From positions 1-54,744 of IMG/VR virus record IMGVR_UViG_3300027996_000045: 54,744 nucleotides of DNA, one strand, 5' to 3'. Origin of the DNA: a virus. Taxonomy: Duplodnaviria > Caudoviricetes. A program made the position numbers and the translations under genes. Shown here piece after piece: positions 46,793-54,744 of this stretch. The number at the start of each line of letters is the position of its first letter. Position 1 is the stretch's first letter. The notes beneath the pieces are model-generated. The model saw nothing but the letters and a program-made list of their open reading frames with translations. It searched no databases and was not told the origin of the DNA.

Positions 46793-48114
46793 CGATATCT
46801 GAGAGGGCAAAAGTTACGCTTTCATTCATCGAGCCAGATGACAAGATACTCGTATGGGAAAGCCTTGAGTGGTCTGAGTCTTACTTGGACCCGATAGGGA
46901 GGCTTAGAGTAAGGCTTCTTCCTTTGAGGAGCCAGGTAAGAGAATACATAAGCAAAACTTCAAAAGGTGCTTTTGTTAAGCTCTTCTTCGGGTCATTCCA
47001 GCAATGCGCTTACCTTATAACAACCCGGCAGATAACGAGTGGCAAAGAGGGCGTGTCCATCGACATCGAAGCCAAGTCTGTTCTTGTCACTCCTTACGAG
47101 GGAAGCGTTAATCCCACAATCGGCAAAAAGTATGGCACAAGCGTAAAGATATCTCAGGTGGTAAACGATGCCTTGAGGGACTACGGCTTTGAGAACGTGT
47201 TCGCCGGACTTGAGTTCAATGACGAGAACGTAGACCTGAATATTAAGACAGGAGGCAAGCTAACGGCAGCAGTTAGAGGTGACCAGCCTGTGATTGTTGA
47301 CGCTCTGAAGCACAAGGACATACAGCCTCAGCCCTCGGAGACTGCATACGGTTTTTGCTCAAGAATATTCTCAAGGTACGGTCTTGTTCTTAGAGTGACA
47401 GCCCTGGGCGAACTGGTGTTGTCTTATCCTAGATACAAAAACCTATCTCTCTACAAGATCTATCATGGAGCAACTGGGTCCCAGGGACAAACGGTAGACA
47501 GGGCGCTGGGCAAAATAAGGATCAGCGAGACAAACGACGGGTTGTTTTCTGAAGTAGTCGTGTCTGGAAGAAAGACGAAAAACAAGAAGACCAAGCGCGC
47601 TAACCAGCCAGTGCTTCGGCTTAAAGTTGACTACGAAGGAGACAAGCAAAAAGCTGTCAGCGGAAGACCTGATGCTGCTTTTCAGAACGTGAGAACTGAC
47701 TTCCTGCCCTACGATTACTTTTTCTACACATCTGAAAATGGCTCCAGGTACAAGCCTAAGTTCATAGTAGACAAAGGTTCACAAGACGTCGAAAGGTGTA
47801 GAAACATGGCATTCATGGCGATGTTTCTAAACACATCAAAGGGCTTCAAGTTCGAGTGCTCTGTTGACGGTATCAGATCTAGGTCTGGTGCTTTCTGGGC
47901 GGTCAACTCCATGTGCGACGTCGAGACAGACTTGTTCCAGGTAAAAAGAGGAATTGATCCTGAGTCAGGCGAAAGATTAGTAGATGGATCTTTTTCAGCT
48001 AGAATGCTGATCATTGAGAAGACAGTAACAGTTAACACCGATGGCCAAAGAACAGACCTAACACTCATACCTGAATTTTCTTTAAGGCTCGGTCCAAGGC
48101 CTGGTGAAAAATGA
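46789..48114 (+). CDS. Baseplate hub (Mu gp44-like)
   Basis: QP.ETAY.F.SR pattern; position. Confidence 0.7.
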   Translation: MTISERAKVTLSFIEPDDKILVWESLEWSESYLDPIGRLRVRLLPLRSQVREYISKTSKGAFVKLFFGSFQQCAYLITTRQITSGKEGVSIDIEAKSVLVTPYEGSVNPTIGKKYGTSVKISQVVNDALRDYGFENVFAGLEFNDENVDLNIKTGGKLTAAVRGDQPVIVDALKHKDIQPQPSETAYGFCSRIFSRYGLVLRVTALGELVLSYPRYKNLSLYKIYHGATGSQGQTVDRALGKIRISETNDGLFSEVVVSGRKTKNKKTKRANQPVLRLKVDYEGDKQKAVSGRPDAAFQNVRTDFLPYDYFFYTSENGSRYKPKFIVDKGSQDVERCRNMAFMAMFLNTSKGFKFECSVDGIRSRSGAFWAVNSMCDVETDLFQVKRGIDPESGERLVDGSFSARMLIIEKTVTVNTDGQRTDLTLIPEFSLRLGPRPGEK

Positions 48115-48842
48115 TTCTTTTATCTTACCCAGACTTTAGAAGTAAGTTTGCCTTTCGCTCAGTTGACACAACCGCTGGCGCTGGGTTTCCCACATCATTT
48201 GTTGACAGCAACCCCGACACCATAACTCGACCTACTGTGTCGGGGTCTTATGTGACAGATGGGTTTGTTGCTGGAATGCTCATCACCGTAACGGGAACAG
48301 CTCTTAATGATGGCGTGTATCGAGTCGAGTCGGTTTTGCCTCAGACTCTGACGTTAAGCTCAGAAGAGTCATTGAGTGCAGAGACTGTCCTTTGCACCAT
48401 ATTAGGAGTTGAGACCTGCGTTGATGGGTACGAGAAGTGGCCCTATCAAAACGTAAGGAAGCCGGGCAGCGGATTCGGAGATGCGGGTACCACGATAGGT
48501 GGCTTTCCTAAGCCTTGGCCAACGTTCTCAGGCTTCACAGTGACATGCAATGCGTTTGTACCAGATGCGGTTCCTGGTGTTGATGAGTACGACTGGTACA
48601 TCTCGCAAAGAACAGAGAACCCTGCTGCTCAGCCTCTGACTATCTATCCGGTGATTGGAGGCAGCTCGACTCTTGTCGTCGAGCCCAAGGCTGATAACTT
48701 CGGCAAGTTGGTAAATGACACAATAACTCCAGATGACCTAATCAAGATATTCAGGAACTGTCACTTTTACGTGATTAGAAAGTCAGACAGGGCAATCCAG
48801 TGGATTGACATGTTAAGGGCGCAGGTGGCAAATACACCATGA
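48111..48842 (+). CDS. Hypothetical baseplate-region protein
   Basis: DGFVAGM.ITVTGT..NDG.Y.V beta module. Confidence 0.55.
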   Translation: MILLSYPDFRSKFAFRSVDTTAGAGFPTSFVDSNPDTITRPTVSGSYVTDGFVAGMLITVTGTALNDGVYRVESVLPQTLTLSSEESLSAETVLCTILGVETCVDGYEKWPYQNVRKPGSGFGDAGTTIGGFPKPWPTFSGFTVTCNAFVPDAVPGVDEYDWYISQRTENPAAQPLTIYPVIGGSSTLVVEPKADNFGKLVNDTITPDDLIKIFRNCHFYVIRKSDRAIQWIDMLRAQVANTP

Positions 48843-49513
48843 CCTACACTTACGTCGACCAGTCTGTTGATTACGCGGATGTGCTTTCTAGCACAGCGGA
48901 GGATGGAGAAGTCCGATGCAAGCTAGGCGATAGTGTTAGTTCAGAGGGCATTGCTCCAGACTGTGTTGTGTGGGGTACAGATGGTTTTGTTTCTAGGCCC
49001 AATGACCCGGATGAGAACGGTGCTGCTCAGGCTTTCTACATTAACGACGGCAATGAGCTGACCGTTCTTGGGACGCAGGATAACCGCTACGCGGACAAAG
49101 TTGCGACCTTATCTGCCGGTGACAGAGCGATTGTTAGCAACTCTGCAGCAAGGTTTTTCCTGAAGAAAGAAAAGGACGGCTTGGTGCTTTACACTGAGAG
49201 CAAGCCGAATGGCGGCGAGGCCATGATCTTCGATATGGACGGGGAGAAAGGCGAAGTGTTTCTTGGCTGTGCAGGCAGCTGGATCAAGATGAGCAACGAT
49301 GAGATCCAGATTGGGGCAGCAGGCGGTGCCACCATCGTGACCATCGACAAGAACGGTGTTCAGATTAACGGTGCGTCTTTTGTTTGTGCAACTGCATCAG
49401 GTACCCTTGGAGTACTAGGCGCTGTGGCACCTCCAATAGGAGCCAGCTCGATTCTCTATGGTCCGACAGGTGTTGCAGGTGTGGCATCGACTAGCTGGGT
49501 GGTTGTCCCATGA
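48839..49513 (+). CDS. Baseplate spike (Mu gp45-like)
   Basis: GFVSRP and L.AGD.A motifs with beta-repeat C-terminus. Confidence 0.7.
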   Translation: MTYTYVDQSVDYADVLSSTAEDGEVRCKLGDSVSSEGIAPDCVVWGTDGFVSRPNDPDENGAAQAFYINDGNELTVLGTQDNRYADKVATLSAGDRAIVSNSAARFFLKKEKDGLVLYTESKPNGGEAMIFDMDGEKGEVFLGCAGSWIKMSNDEIQIGAAGGATIVTIDKNGVQINGASFVCATASGTLGVLGAVAPPIGASSILYGPTGVAGVASTSWVVVP

Positions 49514-49845
49514 GCAATTGCAAGATTCCATTCTTCAAGCTTCCAGCGATCCCCATACCGCCGCCGCTTCCAATCCCTAACATCAACATTAAGTTGCCGT
49601 CGCTACCGGCCATCCCAGGGATATCGATTAAGATCCCAAGCTTGACGTTGCCGTCAATTCCCATACCGCCGCCGCTTCCAATCCCTAACATCAACATCAA
49701 GTTGCCTTCGCTACCGGCCATCCCAGGGATATCGATTAAGATCCCAAGCTTGACGTTGCCTGCTATCCCAATACCACCGCCTTTGCCGTTCGTATTGCCA
49801 AGCTTTTCACTATCACTACCTTCCATCCCTTGCCCGTTGGACTAA
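49510..49845 (+). CDS. Pro/Ile-rich repeat protein
   Basis: 36-aa tandem repeat; ATGA coupling to the spike gene. Confidence 0.6.
   Translation: MSNCKIPFFKLPAIPIPPPLPIPNINIKLPSLPAIPGISIKIPSLTLPSIPIPPPLPIPNINIKLPSLPAIPGISIKIPSLTLPAIPIPPPLPFVLPSFSLSLPSIPCPLD
49552..49790 (+). repeat. 108-bp tandem repeat, ~2.2 copies
   Basis: Units start at 49552 and 49660 and are nearly identical. Confidence 0.9.
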
Positions 49846-49848
49846 GCC

Positions 49849-50247
49849 ATGGCTCTTGTTGCTGGAACAGTTACTATTGCCGACAACGGCACTGAGACGA
49901 AGACGCCAAACAGCCTGGCAGAAGCTATCTATGACAGCTTCATAAGCAACTACAAGGATGACACCGGGTTTCAGCTTCCACCGGCTGGAGAGGATGCGCC
50001 AGTTAAAAAAGGCTTTGCCACTCTGGCGACAAGAATATCGGAAGCTGTGATTGATTACTTGGTAGCAAACACTGAGGTGACTACACAGGTCCAGGTTGGC
50101 CCGCTAACCGCAGGTCTTCAGAAGATACCACCGGCAGTCTTGGCAAACCTGACTCCGGCGCTACCTGCTCCTGTTTTTACAGATGCAAATAACTCATTGG
50201 TTCCCGTTACGCTAGACAACCAGACTGGAACAGGAACAATCGCCTGA
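49849..50247 (+). CDS. Hypothetical baseplate-region protein
   Basis: Coupled ORF. Confidence 0.55.
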   Translation: MALVAGTVTIADNGTETKTPNSLAEAIYDSFISNYKDDTGFQLPPAGEDAPVKKGFATLATRISEAVIDYLVANTEVTTQVQVGPLTAGLQKIPPAVLANLTPALPAPVFTDANNSLVPVTLDNQTGTGTIA

Positions 50248-50645
50248 TGCCTTACTCCACGGGTCCATACAACAAGTTCACATCTCTCCCTGTTCCTCCT
50301 CGGCCTGAGATTCACTCGGCCAGGAACATAAACTTTACGACCCTGCAGTTTACTGTGAATGGCGTGACAGGCGGCTTCGATAGCATGCCACCCACGGTTC
50401 AGCGTGTGATTATGCTTGTCATGTTCAACACAGAGACCCCTAGGTTCAACACAGAGAGAGACCGCAATGCTCTCGACCAGTCCATAAGAACAGCTTTGGA
50501 AGATTTAACCAAACCACCGGGGCCTCTTATCACAATCAAGGAAATAACCATCGAGCGAGACGAAGCCGGAAGTGCTTTCCGAAGAGTGGTTTTCCGTGAC
50601 AACACCCTAAACACTGGCATCGACACAACAATACAGTTGAAATAA
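50247..50645 (+). CDS. Baseplate wedge/sheath initiator (gp25/Mu gp46-like)
   Basis: Size and position before baseplate J; I..AL..L pattern. Confidence 0.6.
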   Translation: MPYSTGPYNKFTSLPVPPRPEIHSARNINFTTLQFTVNGVTGGFDSMPPTVQRVIMLVMFNTETPRFNTERDRNALDQSIRTALEDLTKPPGPLITIKEITIERDEAGSAFRRVVFRDNTLNTGIDTTIQLK

Positions 50646-52156
50646 TGGCAATTCCCAGCGTAAACAACAGTGCCTATCCCACACCCGAAGAGATACTTAA
50701 CCAGTATCTGAGCGATGTCCGTTATGGATACGAGAGGATTGGCGTTGTTGCCAACGTATCAAAGGGCAGTGAGCCTTACATTCGTGGCCAAGCTCTAGCC
50801 AACCGAATTTCCATTGCGATTCAGAACAACAAGCTTGCTCTTGCTGATGTCTCCCCGCTGGATGCGACAGGCGATGCTCTCGTAGAGCTAGCTGGAGTTT
50901 TCGGTGTAAGCAAGCGGCCTGCGTCTTCAGCATCTGGAAACGTGAATGTTGAGGTGATTGGGACCGGAGCTGTCACAATACCTGCGAGCTTCACATGCAC
51001 ATCTGCATCTGGCATTCAATATCAGACAACGGGATCATTCACTGTCAGCGATGGTGGCAGTGTCGAAGTTCAAGCAGTTTCTGCTGGCATTGATACCGAG
51101 CAGGTATCTGGAGCTGTCCTTACGTGGGACAGCGCTGCCATCGGCGCCCTTGGTCAGAACTGCACTGTTGACCTAGGAGGAATCGACGGAGGCTCAGACG
51201 AAGACACCGAAGAGGTGTTGCGAAGAAGGCTCATCCAGCGGCTTTCTTTCCCCGAGGTGGGTGGAAACACAGCGCAGGTTGTTTCGTTCGCTGAGGAGTC
51301 TACCAGCGCCGCTCAGGCAGCATTCGTGTACGCAGCCGTGCGCGGTCCTGCAAGCTACGACGTAGCAGTGACATCGACATCTGCTGACCGCTCTCTGAGT
51401 GCAGCAAACTTGTCTATTGTCACCAACAACATCTTGGCCAACATGCCAGGCTCAGCTGACTTGAACGTCACCAGCGTCGATGCAGAGCAGCTTGATGTTG
51501 TGCTCAACTGTGCTTTGCCTTTGCCTGTAAATGCAGGCGGTGCAGGTGGTGGATGGAAAGATGCAGTTCCCTGGCCAAGCAGCAAAGACGGCGCGCTTTA
51601 CGCGCAGGTGATTGCTAAGCCACCTGGGTTCCCCAACGTGATTACGGTAAACTCAACCGCTTTGGACCCGCCCTTGGTTGGCCAGAGGTTTGCCATCTGG
51701 GACTACGTAAACAGCAAGATGCTCCTATTCACTGTCCTTTCCGTGGCAGGTATCCCAGGCGCTTGGGAGATTACACGCACGAACGACAGTGACCCCTTCA
51801 CCAGCGTAGAGATTGGGTCCTACTGCTCAGCGGACTGTGTAAACCTGTCGACGTATGCGACGCAGTTTACGGACTCGATAGCTCTTCTGGGGCCAGGCCA
51901 AAAGACAGTTAGCCCCGACATCCTTCCTCGCGCGAAGCGCCAGCCAGGACCTGACTTCACATTCCCAACCGACTTAACGAACGCAACGCTAAACAATGTC
52001 CTGTCTCAAAACGATGAGATGCTGGATTTGGCCTACGCAGCTCGTTACGAGACTGGTACAACTACGACCAGACTTTCGCCTTCGATTCCGCTGACTACGG
52101 CGGACCCACCGAAGGTACTGACAATGAAGTATTTTGCAATTAGGGCTCAGGTCTAA
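50645..52156 (+). CDS. Baseplate J-like protein (Mu gp47)
   Basis: DATG..L..LA..FGV.KRPA..ASG and GGSDE...E.LR.R motifs. Confidence 0.9.
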   Translation: MAIPSVNNSAYPTPEEILNQYLSDVRYGYERIGVVANVSKGSEPYIRGQALANRISIAIQNNKLALADVSPLDATGDALVELAGVFGVSKRPASSASGNVNVEVIGTGAVTIPASFTCTSASGIQYQTTGSFTVSDGGSVEVQAVSAGIDTEQVSGAVLTWDSAAIGALGQNCTVDLGGIDGGSDEDTEEVLRRRLIQRLSFPEVGGNTAQVVSFAEESTSAAQAAFVYAAVRGPASYDVAVTSTSADRSLSAANLSIVTNNILANMPGSADLNVTSVDAEQLDVVLNCALPLPVNAGGAGGGWKDAVPWPSSKDGALYAQVIAKPPGFPNVITVNSTALDPPLVGQRFAIWDYVNSKMLLFTVLSVAGIPGAWEITRTNDSDPFTSVEIGSYCSADCVNLSTYATQFTDSIALLGPGQKTVSPDILPRAKRQPGPDFTFPTDLTNATLNNVLSQNDEMLDLAYAARYETGTTTTRLSPSIPLTTADPPKVLTMKYFAIRAQV

Positions 52157-52674
52157 TGATACCCAAGACGATCACGAACTACGGCGGACCAAAGATAGAC
52201 GCCCAGCCTGTTTCCAACCCGGAGACGCAGATTGCAGCAAACGAGTTCAACCGGGCCATCGAAGATACCGCCCAGATGACTCGAACAGCTTACAGAGCGA
52301 TTGTTCAGTGGACTACGGTAACAGCCGTTCCTCCACCAGATGTTCCCGTTCCTGCGGGCACAATCCAGGTTCGAACTGTGTGGGGGAACGGCAATGCCCA
52401 GAAGCCTTCGATTAAAAAGGTTTCAGCCGCCGGCATCTACACAGTGACTTTCCCTTCAACCTTTACGGATGACATCGGGTTCATTGAAACCGTCAGCTTC
52501 TTTGACTGCCATGTGTCGGTTAGAAGCTCAAACCCAGCAGACGAAGTTCTAGGTAGGGTTTTGGTTGTAGCTGGAAACGTCATTAGCGTCGCTGTCTACA
52601 GCCCGGTTGGAACGTTGGAAGATGTGGGCAACGTTGGCCTCACACCTCTTACTGTCACGGCTTGGATGGTCTGA
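52156..52674 (+). CDS. Hypothetical baseplate/fibre protein
   Basis: Coupled ORF; AGIYTVTF. Confidence 0.55.
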   Translation: MIPKTITNYGGPKIDAQPVSNPETQIAANEFNRAIEDTAQMTRTAYRAIVQWTTVTAVPPPDVPVPAGTIQVRTVWGNGNAQKPSIKKVSAAGIYTVTFPSTFTDDIGFIETVSFFDCHVSVRSSNPADEVLGRVLVVAGNVISVAVYSPVGTLEDVGNVGLTPLTVTAWMV

Positions 52675-53333
52675 TGGCGATTGGTCTAGGACGAACGACC
52701 CCCTTCCCCTTCAGCTTAGGAGGAGGAGACTCGACTGTTGAGCAAGAGCAACAGGCGATACTGGGTGCGTTGGAGCCTGGCTTTGACATTAGTGAAGAGT
52801 CCGGTCTCTACTGGGAGGCATACGCAGAGGCGGTCATCGTAGGCATCATTTGGAACAGCAGCATAAGGCTGTCTAATCAGATGATTCCTCTGAAGATGCT
52901 GGAGAACCTTCCGACATGGGAAGAGTCATGCACTCTTCGTCCATACGAATCACAGACGGACATTGACCGTCGCAAGAGATTGAACGCAAAGCTACGAGGT
53001 CTGATCGGCAATGCAATCGGAGACCTTTCAGACGCAAGCGCAAACGTGCTCGGCACTTACTTTGTTGAGCTTCGGCAGGTTACGGCTGCAAACCAGATCA
53101 CTTACTGGCCTGGTGTGAACCCTGGACCGCCTGGCTACGAGTGGAGCAGCAATAGAGCTGTAGTTGCAATCGAGGTCGACAACTCGACACTCAACAACAA
53201 CGCTCTGAACGACCTGATTGATGCGACTATTATTCAGCTGGATGCGATGGCTCCTGCCTGGATGGACTTTAGAATAGGAATTGGTACGAGCTTTATCGTG
53301 AACCAAGGGATTGTAGGACAGAATTTGGTATGA
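52674..53333 (+). CDS. Baseplate wedge (Mu gp48-like)
   Basis: L.TWE..C.L....T...RR..L.AK and PAW motifs. Confidence 0.7.
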   Translation: MAIGLGRTTPFPFSLGGGDSTVEQEQQAILGALEPGFDISEESGLYWEAYAEAVIVGIIWNSSIRLSNQMIPLKMLENLPTWEESCTLRPYESQTDIDRRKRLNAKLRGLIGNAIGDLSDASANVLGTYFVELRQVTAANQITYWPGVNPGPPGYEWSSNRAVVAIEVDNSTLNNNALNDLIDATIIQLDAMAPAWMDFRIGIGTSFIVNQGIVGQNLV

Positions 53334-53899
53334 CGTTTTCAAGAGCAAAGCCCGCTGGCTGGACAGATGATATCGACACGATCACAGCTGCTCAGGTAAA
53401 CCAGATTGATACCAACCAATCTCGAGCTCTAGATGGCACCGCAGGCGGAACCTACTCGCCTGTTCCACCGCTCAATATCAATGGTCTAACAGCAACCACC
53501 ATTGGCGTGTTCACCAGGGGACCCCTGGCACAACACCCGATGCGGTTCGACACGACTACGATTCTAGATACTGCTCTGCCCCAGATTTTAGACACGCAAC
53601 CGGTAGACATTTTTTACATCGACACCTGGGGGTCGTTTGCTAACTCACTAGATTTAATACTAGGAATTGGTAGTTCGGCTATTGGACCAATTCGCGGGCA
53701 GGTTATTACAATCGCTGTTCCAATTGCGAACGGAAACACAATCACTTTCTATGTAGAGGGTAGTTACCCAGGAGCACCTTTCGCTACAATACAAGGAGTA
53801 TACTCTTTCCAGGCAGGTGGCTCGCCACTCTACGCAAAGTTCATCTACGATGGCTCGACTTGGCGAAGTCTTGAATTCAGTGGAGACGTCTCAGGCTAA
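53330..53899 (+). CDS. Putative short tail fibre protein
   Basis: Follows the gp48-like gene; C-terminal FIYDGSTW. Confidence 0.55.
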   Translation: MTFSRAKPAGWTDDIDTITAAQVNQIDTNQSRALDGTAGGTYSPVPPLNINGLTATTIGVFTRGPLAQHPMRFDTTTILDTALPQILDTQPVDIFYIDTWGSFANSLDLILGIGSSAIGPIRGQVITIAVPIANGNTITFYVEGSYPGAPFATIQGVYSFQAGGSPLYAKFIYDGSTWRSLEFSGDVSG

Positions 53900-54744
53900 T
53901 GGCTGTCACGACGACACCTGATTACCCGGTAGCAGGCTCAGAGGTCACTCTGGGCCTGTCTGCTACCACGGGCACGGTATTCGGATTTGAGATCCAATCT
54001 GTTCCGTCCAAAAGCACGATCACTTCGGGGCTTTTGTTGCGAGGTGTCGAAGAGCTTGCAACCCCTCCGACCAATGCGGTTGAGGCTGCTGGTACTGAGA
54101 TCAGCCCAGGCGTCAGTATCCTGTCGAACACCTTCACACCAGACGTCGCAGGCGAGTACACGATTGTTGGATACGACATTCGGCAAATCCTGGGTTTTCC
54201 GGCCTTCCCCGGTGACCCGTCAGGTGAGACTCGGTACGAGCTTGTTGGAACACAAGTAACCACCATTCAGGTTGGTCAGCTTATCGAGCTTCCCATCATC
54301 ACCATCCGGGGAGATGGGGCCAACCTTCAGATCAACTGCAACGAAACAACCGTGCGAGCTGCGACGCTTACAGCCTTCGCCAACGACAAGAGCAGGTCTG
54401 CCTCTCTGACAACTGCAGTGCAGGGTGCTATCAACGCACTGGTTGGGGTGCCAATTGCTACGCTGGGCACGCCCCTTCAAGCTGCGGTCAACGACCTGCG
54501 AGACAACTTCAACAACCACATAGCTAACATTGCGGTACCCTTTCTTCCTGCAACGCAGAACTGGCATCAAGACGGAACCGTCGCGTCACCTGACACAGTC
54601 AACACCGTGTTCTTGGACAAGTGCGATTCAATGGAGGGAGCAGTCATTCTTCTGAATAAAATCAGAGGAAAGATGCTGGACCACTTCTTGAACAGCTCTT
54701 CCAGCAGCCCGAATTGGCACCACCCAACAGGAAGAGACAACGCT
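53899..54744 (+). CDS. Putative virion/tail structural protein, N-terminal part (continues across the junction to 389)
   Basis: ATG 53899 (MAVTTTPDYPVAGS...) stays open to the window end and is in frame with MLDHFLNSSSS at 54673. Confidence 0.75.
   Translation, partial: MAVTTTPDYPVAGSEVTLGLSATTGTVFGFEIQSVPSKSTITSGLLLRGVEELATPPTNAVEAAGTEISPGVSILSNTFTPDVAGEYTIVGYDIRQILGFPAFPGDPSGETRYELVGTQVTTIQVGQLIELPIITIRGDGANLQINCNETTVRAATLTAFANDKSRSASLTTAVQGAINALVGVPIATLGTPLQAAVNDLRDNFNNHIANIAVPFLPATQNWHQDGTVASPDTVNTVFLDKCDSMEGAVILLNKIRGKMLDHFLNSSSSSPNWHHPTGRDNA
54656..54725. repeat. Terminal direct repeat, right copy
   Basis: Identical to 1-70. Confidence 0.95.

Overview
The window looks like a near-complete, circularly permuted ~54.65 kb tailed-phage genome: bases 1-70 recur exactly at 54656-54725. 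It is a contractile-tailed (myovirus-type) phage with Mu-like morphogenesis genes. The + strand block (26.4 kb to the end, continuing through 1-12.3 kb) holds small early genes, terminase, DUF935-type portal, HK97-family protease, capsid, sheath, two tube paralogues, tape measure, baseplate, several fibre/tailspike genes and lysis genes. The - strand block (12.3-24.9 kb) holds a Sak4/SSB/Cas4-like recombination module, a Prim-Pol/VapE replicase, an SF2 helicase, a VRR-NUC nuclease, a C5 methyltransferase and several HTH regulators. A repeat-rich non-coding region at 24.9-26.4 kb probably contains the origin and a control switch. I recognised no integrase, ParA/ParB, reverse transcriptase, tRNA or CRISPR array. 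The most unusual signals are a canonical parS site inside the lysin gene, a methyltransferase whose second subunit lies in an overlapping frame, a degenerate mini-ComM/YifB protein, three receptor-binding genes sharing one N-terminal module, and a variant sequence at the genome junction. A Gram-negative host, possibly Myxococcota, is a weak inference. All product calls come from motif recognition by eye, not database searches.
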